DNA of 60,412 nt, counting the filler, from Fonticula-like sp. SCN 57-25 (lineage: Eukaryota), in NCBI GenBank assembly GCA_001724245.1. It is 8 parts of 8 records of this genome, joined end to end, with 100 filler letters (N's around TTAATTAATTAA, not from the genome) between each part and the next. Parts side by side here need not be neighbours in the genome. Positions count along the whole stretch, not along the records: positions 22,523 to 29,912 come from MEDX01000369.1; positions 30,013 to 37,395 come from MEDX01000370.1; positions 37,496 to 44,874 come from MEDX01000371.1; 5 more parts are not named here. The stretch is one strand, 5' to 3'. The translations under genes and the position numbers were made by a program. The notes beneath the pieces are model-generated. The model had not been told where the DNA came from. It saw nothing but the letters and a program-made list of their open reading frames with translations, and did not search any database. This document shows positions 24,584 to 40,939 of this stretch, piece by piece. Numbering within the stretch: position 1 is the stretch's first letter; every line of letters begins with the position of its first letter.

Positions 24584-24678
24584 CCTGACCTGTCACCAAA
24601 CACTTCTGATTGGATGAGGCGTCGAATGAGCACTGTTGATTGGCCAATTCATTGACAGAGCGGCGGGCAGCATTGCTG

Positions 24679-27600
24679 ATGGCGGAGGCGTGGCTTTGGT
24701 GTGGGACGCTCCACGCCGACACCACCCGGCAGGTGCGTTTCGGCCGCATTTGCCTCCCTTTTGTTTATCGTGATATTGGAATACTGACGTGCGCCTCGTG
24801 CCTATCGCAGGGCGTCGTCTCCCCCGCCATCCGTTTCAGCTGCCAGTTGGCGATCACGTCCGTCATCGTGTACCCCAGGGGCGTTCAGCCGAACCCCAGT
24901 GTGCCCGAATTTGTGTCGCAGACAAGCGGGATTGATTCTCCGCTGTCTATTTTTGTGTGCGCCTCCACGCCGGCCAGCGTGCTGGACTTTCGCGCTGTAG
25001 ATCAGCCGCTCGAGCTCGATGTTTCGCATGGACCCGTTCGCATTCTGCCGACCGCGCCCCTGATGACCGACGCGATCGGCTTCTCTGGCGCATACCAAAA
25101 CATTAGCTTTTCCCTTCACGGGTTCTGGATAGACTCTGTCGTTCCCGGGTGGGCGAGCGCTTTCTTTCTGCCGCTGAGGTTGCTCCCGTCCGAGGCGATC
25201 CCCACGGCCCTCGTGGTGCTGCCGGATCGTGGCCGTCAGATCCCCGCGGCGGCGCAAAACGGGAGAGCGGAAAACAGTAGTTCACCGTCTCTAACAGCGT
25301 TGCCCGCCGCAACCGCGCAAGCGGATACGCCGGCGGCCGCGGCCATCAAGGGCGAGTCGGCGAGCTCAAGTACGAGCAAGCCCGCCGAAGACCGCAAGGA
25401 CGTCAAGAACGTCGCCGCCTCACCATCACACAAGGACGACAAGTCTAAAGTCAACAAGTCTAATGCCGACAAGTCGACGGCCAAGTCTGCAGCCGACAAG
25501 TCTACAGGAAAGTCAAATGGCGACAAGTCTAATAGCGACAACTCTAATGGCGGCAGGTCTACCGACAAGTCTCCGGACAAGTCATCGGCCAAGTCTACAG
25601 GCAAGTCTCCGGACAAGTCAACGACCAAGTCTCCAGACAAGCCGACGTCGGCCACACCACAAGACCAGTCGTTAGCAACGCCAAAGGCTAAACAAGCGCC
25701 TGTCGTTATGGTCAATGTCATTGAGGCCGTTCCCCGTACGCGCCGTCGAATGATACCTCGTCGCCGTCCGAGGCCAAAGCCGCCAAGGCGGCGGCGGCGG
25801 CGACGGCGCGCGCGTCCAGGGCGCAGTCGCTTGCCGAGCTCACAGAGGCCATCAAGGCTGGCATCCAAACGGAGGCGCGCGCACGTGCAAATGTCCCGTC
25901 GACGCGCGCGGACCGGCTCGACACCGCTACTGTATCCTTTTTAAGCGACATTTTCCTGACCGACGCGACGCCCGCCGACACTGCCCCTCTCGCGCCGCTG
26001 CTTCAAGTTGGCCTCGCGCGCACTCTTTTGGCCGATTCTGCCGCGTCCGCCGCCACTCTCCTTCGGTGCTCTGCGGCGCTCGGCGTGTCGCCCGCGGCGC
26101 TCATCGTGCAGTGCGCCGGCGCCGACATGGTCCAGTTCATCGCCGGCCAACCTTCATCTTCACCATTTTCAGTTGCTCAGCAGGCAAAGCAGGCCTTTTC
26201 CGAGCTTGATGTTGCCGTGCACGGCTGGCTCGAGCAAGTTCAGCGTCTGCTTGCCCCGAGCGTGCCCGGCGCCGCTCCGCCCGCCGACCCCCGCCGCGCT
26301 CCGGCCGCGCCGCCGCCAACCGCGCACGAGTCGGTTCAGCTCCCTGGCCTGAAGCGCCCGCCGTCGTCATTGTGGCTCGCACTTGCCCACGAGCTTGTGC
26401 TGCGCGACCTATTCAAGGGCGACGCCGAGCGCGAGCCGACGCTCTGGAAGCGCATTGAGAGCCTTCTCGCGTCGCTGATGGTGCACAGCTTTGCGCAGGT
26501 CGAGTTTGCGACGCTCGTCGGGTCGCTGTGCGCCGCGAGCGACGAGGCGGCCGCGCGGCTCGCACGCGATGGCGCCGTCAGGCAGGTGTGCTTGTTTGTG
26601 ACCCACGAGGCGTCGCTTTACGTCGCGGGAAGTGCGGCGTGGGTGGCGCTGATCGACGCGGCAATCGCGTGCGCGTCGGCGAAAGAGGCGTACCAGTTGA
26701 ACCACGCAGAGCTGGAGGGCGTCGCGCAAAAGGCAACTGCGGCGGCTGAAAAGTTGCCCCACGTGGCGGTGGCGGCAAGGCGGCTTGAGACGATTCTTGC
26801 GATGCAAAAGGCCGCAAAGGCGCTCGAAACTGCAGAGGGGATTGATTTGGTGGAGAGTATTATAGCATTTGTGGCCGTGGCGGAGACGGCGACGGCGCTG
26901 AACACGCACGATGGCGTGCTGGCGGTGCGGCTCGTGGCGTCGTATGGCATTGTTGCAAGGCTGTCGTCGTATGTGGTGAACAAGAAGAACAAGAAGAGAC
27001 TTAAAGCGAGCGTCGAGCTGGTCAATATGTTGATGTCGACGTCGGCGGGGCGCATTTTTGCGGCGCTAGAGTCAACAGGTGCGTTTTTTTTGGTTTAATT
27101 TTGCATGTATTTGAAGTATTTTGCTCTTTTTTATGAATATTTTGGGTATCTTTTTTTTTGATGTTCTTTTCCTTTTCCTTTTTCTCTTTACTAACCTATC
27201 TTGCAGCTCTGACGCAATGCCTGGACAACTCTAAAATCCAAGCCTTACTACCCAACATGGGTTCGTTTTGGGACGGCACTCTTGCCACGTTAATCGATTT
27301 CTCTGCGCTTCACAAGGCGCTTCGACTGAACCGGAGCGCACTTTCCGTCGCCGGCGGCCTCGTCGTCCTTTCCACTGAGCGCCCGCCCGACCGCACGTCA
27401 CTTTTACCGCAGCAGTTCCAGCTGCTTCACCTTATGAGCGCGCTCGCATCGCAGTGGGACGGCGCCGACGCGCTCACGTGGTCGCTCGAGGCGCTGAGCG
27501 CGACCGCGATGGTGCCGCGCATGCTGCAAGATATGCAGGCGTCCATCCGCTTTACTGGTTCAGTATCCATTTCAGTGTCGTTTTGGCGCATATTGTCGCC

Positions 27601-29605
27601 GCCGTTTGAGCTTCTCAACGCGCTCATGCACTCGCCTCGCAGCCTGAGACTTTTATTGGCTGAGCATGACGCTGCTTCGCTTCGGTTTTGTGCGGCGGCG
27701 CTGAGGGACAGGCGCACATTTGTCCCGCTCGCGGCGTCTTTTTCCTCGGGGCCGACGTCGTCTTTGTCAACGTACATTGACACGCTCGCCACCGCGCTCG
27801 CGCCTGCCGCCGCGCAGCATGACGCGATGGCCGTCGGCGATACGGCCGTGTCGCTCCTCTCGTGGGTGTCGCTCCTTTTGGCGCTCACGGCGGAGTCCGC
27901 CGACGGCGGCGATGTGCTGGACGACGCGCCCATCTCGGCCGCCACGGTGGCCAAGGCGCTGTGGGTGGACACCGAGGTGGTCACCGCCGAAGCGCAGCTC
28001 ACCTCGCCGCGCGTCGCGGCCCTTTTTGTACTGGCACGCGCCGAGAGCCACACGCTGCCACTGCTCATTCGCGTGGCGCGCGCGGCCGCGGCGGCGATTG
28101 GCGCTTTTGACGCCATGATGGAAGCGCCGCTCAGGTCGCTGCTGGCGCGCCTGCTGACACGCGCGCTCTCGCTGATTGACCGGCTGACGGTTGAGTGGTA
28201 CGGCGACGCCGAGTTTTCGCTGCCGGCGGGAGAAGAGCTGTCGGCGACGCTCGTCGAGACGATGGACGTCATCATTGACGCGCAAAGCAACACGCCCGAG
28301 GTGGCCGCACTGCGCCGCGCGCTGTATGCGCTGCTGAGGTCGCTGACGGCGGATCGCGCGGACGAGTACGGGCCAGTGTGCCGCGTGAATGTGACGCCGC
28401 CGCGGCCGCTGCTGTCCCTTCTGCTTGCGCGGTGCAAGTTTAGCGCTGTCGGTGCGGAGGAAGGCCTGAGACTGCTGCACGCCGTGCTGCCGCCGCTGGC
28501 CGACAAGGCAAAGGGGCCGAAGCCGCGTCGCAGGGCGCTCCTTGTGCACCTGGGCCGCTCGCTGGACGTTGAATTTATTGTTGCTGCGATGACCAACACG
28601 CGCGAGGTGCCCCTGCTGGCGCTTCTCTTGCATGTCACAGCAAAGGCGGGCGGTCTTTTCGCGATTGCGATCGACGACGCCGCCGCCGCCTTGGCCGTCG
28701 CCTTTGCGCGCGCTGCGATGACGGCCCTGACGTACGCGAATGAGCCGCTCGCGGCGCGCGCTGGGGCCAAGCCGCGCGGGTTTGACGTCCGCGCTGGCCT
28801 GAACGCCATGCTCACGCTCCTGGCGATGACGGCGACGCGCGGCGGCGTCGCAGCGCTTTGCGGGATCGCGCAGATGCTGGTGCCGTTCCTCGAGGTGACG
28901 CTGCTCAACATGCGGAAGCGCATCGCCGGGGTCAATGAAATGCTCTCGCCGGTCTTGAGGGCGATGAGGGCCAACTCGCAGTCGCCGCCTGGCACGGATG
29001 AGGCGCGGGCGTGCTGGGCATTCGAGCGGCTCGAGCATTCTTACGTCGGCTCACTGGTGCTCGGCGCGGCGAGCAAGAGCCAGGCGTGGAAGATTATCTT
29101 GACGGCGCCGATGAATCGCGCGGGAGGCGACGGCACGCAGACCAACCTCGCCGAGTTTGTCGAGGGGCTGGAGGCGTCCGCCAACGTAGCAGAATCCGCC
29201 GCCCATGCGACAGCACCCACGGCCAACGCAGCAGCGGCCACCTCCAACGCAGCAGCGGCCACCTCCAACGCAGCAGCGGCCGCCGCCGACGTTCGCAGCC
29301 CCCCAAAAACCCACAAGTCTGCTTCGGACGTGCGCGAACGAAGGGCAAGTTTCGAGTCGCGCAACCGCCATGGGAGTTCGCCCGACCGCCACCGCCGCCG
29401 AGAGAGCCCCCCGCGTCGGCGCGAGAGTCCGCGCAGGCGGGACGACAGGCGCAGGAGCGTCAGCCCTGATTCGCGCGGGCGCCGCGCGAGCCCGGACGGG
29501 CGCGGCCGACGCCGAAGCCCAGAGCCGTATCGCAGGGACAGGAGCCGCTCGCGCGAGTATGACGCGCGCGGCGGTCGCGACGGGCGCAGACCGGGCCGCT
29601 ATTAG
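24679..29605 (+). CDS. VIRMA: Virilizer (VIRMA/KIAA1429)-like m6A writer subunit; N-terminal VIR_N domain, helical body, RS/RD tail; frame break near 25735
   Basis: IRFSCQLAITSVIVYPRGV..SQT..LMTDAIGFSGAYQNISFSLHG parallels VIR_N (VRFP..I.EVRVIP.G..TD.LV.RG.Y..LT.AIYG). Introns 24733-24810 and about 27079-27206. Confidence 0.68.
25435..25645 (+). repeat. Coding tandem repeat of GACAAGTC units (DKSxxKS peptide)
   Basis: About eight GACAAGTC units interleaved with related CAAGTC units, in frame. Confidence 0.8.
29223..29282 (+). repeat. Three 21-bp tandem copies CCAACGCAGCAGCGGCCACCT (NAAAATS)
   Basis: Direct inspection. Confidence 0.85.
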
Positions 29606-30012
29606 CTTACTTTCAGTGTACTTTTATGTGCTTTTGCTTGTATCCATAACCGTATATTTTCAACAATGGGTGCTACCTGAGGAACCTTATCACAAATTTC
29701 TTATCGCTCTCTTGTCGCTCTCTTATCTCGACTCGGCGTTTGGACAAACACAATCGCAGCACAATCGTCTCACTTCGCCCATATTGCCCATAGATCGTGA
29801 TCGATCGTGGTAAAAACAGTCTGGGGTGGATTTCAAGTGGCGCCACAAAAGTCCGGGGTGGAATCATACCCTTTTCGATGGGAAAGCCCTTGTTTTTGTT
29901 GAGTGCACCATANNNNNNNNNNNNNNNNNNNNNNNNNNNNNNNNNNNNNNNNNNNNTTAATTAATTAANNNNNNNNNNNNNNNNNNNNNNNNNNNNNNNN
30001 NNNNNNNNNNNN

Positions 30013-30123
30013 ATCATCAGGTCGCGCATGCAGACCGCCGTCTCGGAGCTCGAGGCGCGCGGCGCCGTTCTCGAGGAGCAGCTCGCGGCGATCGACGAGC
30101 GCATCAGGGCACTTGCCGCCTAG
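30013..30123 (+). CDS. C-terminal coiled-coil fragment of an unidentified gene
   Basis: IIRSRMQTAVSELEARGAVLEEQLAAIDERIRALAA* with host-like codon usage, followed by an AT-richer 3' region. Confidence 0.6.
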   Translation: MIRSRMQTAVSELEARGAVLEEQLAAIDERIRALAA

Positions 30124-30407
30124 TGTGTCGCCGGATGAGCGGCACAGTCCTTGTATCAATAGTGTGTACATTATTCGCAATAGATAAGATCTCGTATGGA
30201 TTCAGAGTTTGGCAATGCAGTCAGAGAGATGGCGGGATCGGCGAGATGCAAGTCAACAATCCGAAGAACTCTTGGCAAAGAGGCCCACTTTTACATGAAC
30301 GAACAATATGTAGAATAGGCCGGCGCATGTTGCTTTAACGATATAAGCATACCCATTTGCCGCTTCAATACTGCTTGCACTCTTCACTCTTCCTTTACCT
30401 AAAGAAC

Positions 30408-30452
30408 TTTGAATGGACCAATCAGCGTCGAGCAACATCTTTGCGCGGGAAA
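30408..30452 (+). promoter_or_regulatory. CHR-like TTTGAA, CCAAT box and E2F site GCGCGGGAAA upstream of NSE3
   Basis: TTTGAA 30408-30413, CCAATCAG 30418-30425, GCGCGGGAAA 30443-30452; ATG at 30481. Confidence 0.5.
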
Positions 30453-30480
30453 AGTTTTGCGCCCAAACGACCGCATCGCC

Positions 30481-31909
30481 ATGGTGCGCCCTTTTGTGCT
30501 GATACCGCGCTTTTTACTAACGCACTGTTGCAGTCCGGTCGCCGTCGTTCGGGTCGGCGCGTGGCCGATAGCGATGAGGACGATGAGCCGGTAGCCGTTG
30601 TTGCGGAGGAGAGCGAGCAGGATGACGACAGCGATGATGCCCCGGCGCCGCCATCGAAGCGGGCCGCAGGAAAGGCGCCCGCGCGCGGCGGCAACAAGGG
30701 AAAGCGCCCCGCCGTCGCCGAGAGCGAAGAGAGCGAGGCGGAAGAGGATGACGAAGAGTACGAAGAAGACGAGGGAAATCGCAGCCGGTCGAAAGGCAAG
30801 TCGCCCGCCTCGCGAAAGCGGCGCGCAGCCGATGCCGATGATGACGAGAGGGATGGCGCGCCGTCGTCGTCACAAAAGGACGGACCGCGGCCCAGGAAAG
30901 TCGGCGGCGGCGGCGGCGACGCGGCTTTGCTAAGCGACGCTGATGTCACCAGAAAGGCGCGCGATCTCGCCCGCCTGGCGCTCTTTTACGCGCGCCGGCG
31001 GACCGCCCTCCGTCGCGAGGACATGAAAAAGCACCGTGCGCGCTCAGTTTACATCTATTTTGCGCCCTTTTTTTCTAACAAATGTTTCAGTGTTTAAAGA
31101 GGGCGCGTACAACTCGCGCTCGCTTGACCGCGCGCTGGACGAAGCGCAGGGCATTCTCCGCAACGTCTTTGGCATGGAGCTCGTGCAGCTTCCCAAGGGC
31201 GAAGGCCGCACCGGCGGTCAGCTTAAATGTGCGCAATTTCCTTATTTGTATCATTTTGCTAATACGTTGCTGTAGCTATTCAAGAGCAGCGCGCTGTTGG
31301 CGCCGCGTCTGGCGGCTACATGCTCGTGAGCTCGCTAAAGTACGACCGCCACGTGAGCCTCGAAGTGACCGACCGCGAGGACGCCAACGCCGTCGACGGC
31401 TTTCTCTACACCCTCTTGCTCCTCATCGCGCTCTCCAACCACGCCATTTCTGACGGTTCGCCTCTCTTTTCAACCTCTTTTTTCATGCTAAACCACCCTT
31501 TTTAGACATTTTGAATGCCAATTTGGAGCGACTTGGCCACGCGCGCAATTCTGCCGTCGGCGGCTCAACAGTCGAATTGCTCCTCAAGCGCTTCATTGAC
31601 GACCGGTACATCTCCAAGGTCAAGGTGGCGTCGTCTGGCGAAGAAGCATTTGAGTACCGCTGGGGCCCGCGCGCCAAGGTCGAGGTCGATCTTTCCGCGT
31701 GCGTCGACCTTGTCGGGCAGGTCATGGACGTGTCCGACAACCCCGTCGAGATGTCGTCCATCAGGCGCGCGGTCATGCAGGCGCAGGAGGCGCAGGACGC
31801 GGCGTTTGCGCCGCCGGCCACGCAGGGGGAGGCGGCAGAGCAGCCGGCGGCGTCGCAGGCAGAGGCGGCGCCGTCGTCGTCGCAGCGCGGGCGCAGAAAG
31901 GCGCGTTAA
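30481..31909 (+). CDS. NSMCE3: MAGE-domain SMC5/6 subunit NSE3, 5 exons
   Basis: Acidic N-terminus; KARDLARLALF..LRREDMKK..AQGILRNVFGMELVQLP..GFLYTLLLLIAL..FEYRWGPRAKVE. Confidence 0.88.
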
Positions 31910-32049
31910 GAAAAAGTAAAGAAAAAAGGGGATTGTATTATACTCAAATACACGTGTCGCATGTTTTATTCACACTGTACTCGAAAGAGAAACAAAAGGG
32001 TCTGGATTTTAAAAGGGGAAGCGACAGAAAAATATGCACATGCATGGTG

Positions 32050-37395
<5,346 letters not shown>

Positions 37396-37495
37396 NNNNN
37401 NNNNNNNNNNNNNNNNNNNNNNNNNNNNNNNNNNNNNNNTTAATTAATTAANNNNNNNNNNNNNNNNNNNNNNNNNNNNNNNNNNNNNNNNNNNN

Positions 37496-38612
37496 AGCGT
37501 CCCGCTCTTGATGCACTGCGTGTCGCTGCCGATCCGTGCAACGCCGATCGCGATCGATGTCGGAAGGCAAACGGCATCTTGGCGGCGGCTTTCAATGAGG
37601 AGAAGCTGCTCAATGGCGGTGTTGACAGTCATGTAGCGGGGGGGTTCGTAGATCTTGCGGCCGCGAAGGAGGTTTTCAGTGCTCTGTTCTTTTACCTTGA
37701 TGTCTATAAAAGGAAGGTGTGAGTGAAGTTATTTCCTTTTTAGGAAGGTGGGTGACTGGATTTGGATAGAAATGATCAAATAAGGAAAAACAAGGAAGAA
37801 TAAGCCAAATAAAGAGAAATAAGACACAAATTCATACCAAGATAGAGCAAAAAAGACACAAATTCATGCCACATATGAAAATACACTCATAGGATATCAA
37901 ACATTCTTGTTCATAAATACTATACAATGCCATCACACAACAGCCCATCATCACACCTCACCATCAACTACACCATCATCTGATCCCTCACTACTTTTTC
38001 TCCCAAGTCGTACCGAGGAGGCAGAGAGTGTGCAGGCCGATTGACTGGTTGGCCTTGATGCGGTCGTAGAAGCTGTCGGGCTGCCACGTGTCGGTGAAGA
38101 AGACGAGCGACACGGTCAGGCCAAAGCGGTACAGCTGCAGGCCTGTGATCGCCGCGGCATCAGCAAAGTGCAAACAAAAGGATTAAGTGACGCACCGCAA
38201 CACGCGACGGCGTTCATGATGGACGCATTGTGGATGCTCACGACGGGAATGTTGAGCTCGGCGGCGCGCAGCTGGAGATCCGTGTGCGTCGTGGCGCCGT
38301 AGGGATCGCCGACCACCAGGAAGGAGATGTCGTCCGTGGCGGCGCCTTCGAGGATCGTGTCGGCAGAGCTCTCAACAAGCTCGCGATCGGCGACCGTCAC
38401 CGGCACGCCGTAAAACTCTTCCTAATGATGCGCGCAAGATCAGCACGCGGTCACAAGATTGCAAGATCGCGTACGAGGCGCTCCTTCGGGACGTGGAGAA
38501 TGCTCGTGTACGCTTCAAGGTACACGCGCTTACTCCGACGGACGATCTCGAGGCCCTTGACGGTAATGTCCTTTTCATCGGCGAGGCCGAGGCCCACAAG
38601 GTACAGCGGCAT
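37496..38612 (-). CDS. DPH5: Diphthine methyl ester synthase; 3'-truncated; includes a 310-nt intron 37704-38013
   Basis: [67 protein letters not shown]. Confidence 0.96.
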
Positions 38613-38764
38613 GGCGGGCAGGCGGCGGCGGCGAGGCGGCGGCAGCGGATAAATCCACCATATGAATTCATCGTGGTGTACACCATGATGGTACTTGAAG
38701 GGGACGAAAAGTGGGCTACCCGTTGTGACCGTGTGGGCTTTCCTCCGATCAGCATCAAAGAAGC

Positions 38765-39454
38765 ATGTCGCTGTCGAACAAGTTGGGCATTCAGGAGGTT
38801 GACCTGAAGGGCAAGCGCGTTCTTATTCGGTATATTTTCCTTGACTATTCTTTGTTTAAATCGCGTGTTAACCATGAGCCATATCTAGCGTGGACTTTAA
38901 TGTTCCCCTGAAGGATGGCAAGATCACGAACGATCAGCGCATTGTTGAGGCGCTCCCGACCGTCCGCTACGCCCTTGATCACGGCGCGCGCTCTGTTGTC
39001 CTCATGAGCCATCTCGGCCGCCCCGATGGCCGCGTTGTTGCCAAGGACTCGCTCAAGCCCGTCGCCGAGGCGCTCCGCACGCTCCTCGCCCGCGAGGTCA
39101 TCTTCCTTGATGACTGCGTCGGCCCCGCCGTCGAGGCCGCCTGCGCCAACCCCGCCGAGGGGTCCGTCATCCTCCTCGAGAACCTGCGCTTCCACGCCGA
39201 GGAGGAGGGCTCTGGCAAGAACGAGGCCGGCGAAAAGGTCAAGGCCGACAAGGATGCCGTCGCCGCCTTCCGCGCGTCGCTCACCAAGCTCGGCGATGTC
39301 TACGTCAACGATGCCTTTGGCACTGCCCATCGCGCGCACAGCTCGATGGTCGGCGTCCAGCACGACGTCCGCGCCGCCGGCCTCCTTCTCAAGAAGGAGC
39401 TCGAGTACTTTGGCAAGGCCCTCGAGTCCCCCGAGCGCCCCTTCCTCGCGATCC

Positions 39455-39486
<32 letters not shown>

Positions 39487-40077
39487 CTGATCGAGAACCT
39501 GCTCGACAAGGTCAACGCGCTCATCGTCGGCGGCGGCATGGCCTTTACCTTCAAGAAGGTGCTCGACAACGTCAACATTGGCTCGTCGCTCTTTGACGCC
39601 CCCGGCGCCGATCTCGTGCACGGCATCATGGAAAAGGCCAAGGCCAAGGGCGTCACCATCCACCTCCCCGTCGACTACGTCACCGCCAGCAAGTTTGGCG
39701 AGGACGCCGAGGTCGGCGCCGCGACCGACGCGACCGGCATCCCCGACGGCTGGCTCGGCCTCGACGTCGGCCCCAAGTCCGAGGAGGCCTTCCGCAAGGT
39801 CGTCCTCGAGGCCAAGACCATCATCTGGAACGGCCCCATGGGCGTCTTTGAGTTTGAAAAGTTTGCCAGCGGCACCAAGCGCGTCGGCGAGGCCGTGATC
39901 GAGGCGACCAAGGGCGGCGCCATCTCGATCGTCGGCGGCGGCGACACGGCCACGGCGGCCGTCAAGTTTGGGTTTGACGCGGGTGTGTCCCATGTCAGCA
40001 CGGGTGGCGGCGCGTCGCTCGAGCTGCTCGAGGGTAAGGTGCTGCCGGGTGTCGATGCGCTCTCATCGCGCGCATGA
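38765..40077 (+). CDS. PGK: Phosphoglycerate kinase, 2 exons
   Basis: [67 protein letters not shown]. Confidence 0.98.
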
Positions 40078-40544
40078 GCCATGCTATAAACAGTCTATTT
40101 AATAAAGAGGATAACAATGAAGTTGGCAATATGCATTTTGACTATGAGGCTGATCATGTTGGAAAAGGAAAGATACTGGGCCATGTGTGCTTTTGAACAG
40201 GCCAAATGTGCTGAATAGGCCAATGTGGAATGGATGAAAAGATCATTCAATGACAGAGTGCAAACTAAAGTGCAAAGTGGACTCATATTACAGGCTTGGA
40301 TTAGAGGTTGACTGGCTGGCACATTGGATATGATGGGACATTATGTTTGACGTTTATGTTTGACTTTTGCCACATTTCCTCTTTCCAAATGCCATGTACC
40401 ATTCGGTCAAGTATTTCTTACATGATCCTGAACTGGAAGTGCCCTGGACCTGCCCTGACCGTCAACTATGACGCACTTTGACCTTGTAAACTTTCACACC
40501 CTCCCGTCGAAATCGAGTCGTCGAAATTCCTCGGCGGCTAATAT

Positions 40545-40786
40545 GGCCAATATGGCCCGGGCCGTCCCCTTCGTCACCTATCTTCAATACGATCGTTCGG
40601 TCTGGCCCGATCAGCCGACCAATCACAGCACTCAAACGAGCCTTATCGCTGTACGTAATCTCCTTTGGATGACGTAATCGCCATGTGACATGCAGATGAA
40701 AAGGGTTTTCGCCATATTGGCCCATCATAAACCACGTGTGTCGCCGCGGTGGTGGCCCGATTGCGCTACCGGTCTTTCTATATAAA
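40545..40786 (+). promoter_or_regulatory. ABCB promoter: inverted GGCCAATATGGC pair, CCAAT box, TGACGTAA, CACGTG, TATA box
   Basis: GGCCAATATGGC 40545-40556 and its reverse complement 40711-40722; CCAATCA 40619; TGACGTAA 40670; CACGTG 40733; TATATAAA 40779-40786. Confidence 0.55.
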
Positions 40787-40939
40787 CCGCGCGTGCGTTT
40801 TTCCTCGGCGCTAAAGTGCGTTCAACGGACGCCCAGCGACGGCGATTCGGCATCTTTTTGTTCGCCTAGACCTTTTCACTCTCGCGACTATTCGTGATAC
40901 CCCGGCTGGCTATCATCGTCTTGCATTGCGTGTGCGAGG

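Noticed and set aside
37940-37985. C/D snoRNA in the long DPH5 intron (GTGATGA on the minus strand)
   Set aside because: No downstream CTGA D box or terminal stem found; the TGATG units are part of a low-complexity repeat.
40545-40722. CArG (SRF/MADS) boxes
   Set aside because: Only five A/T bases between CC and GG; the consensus needs six.
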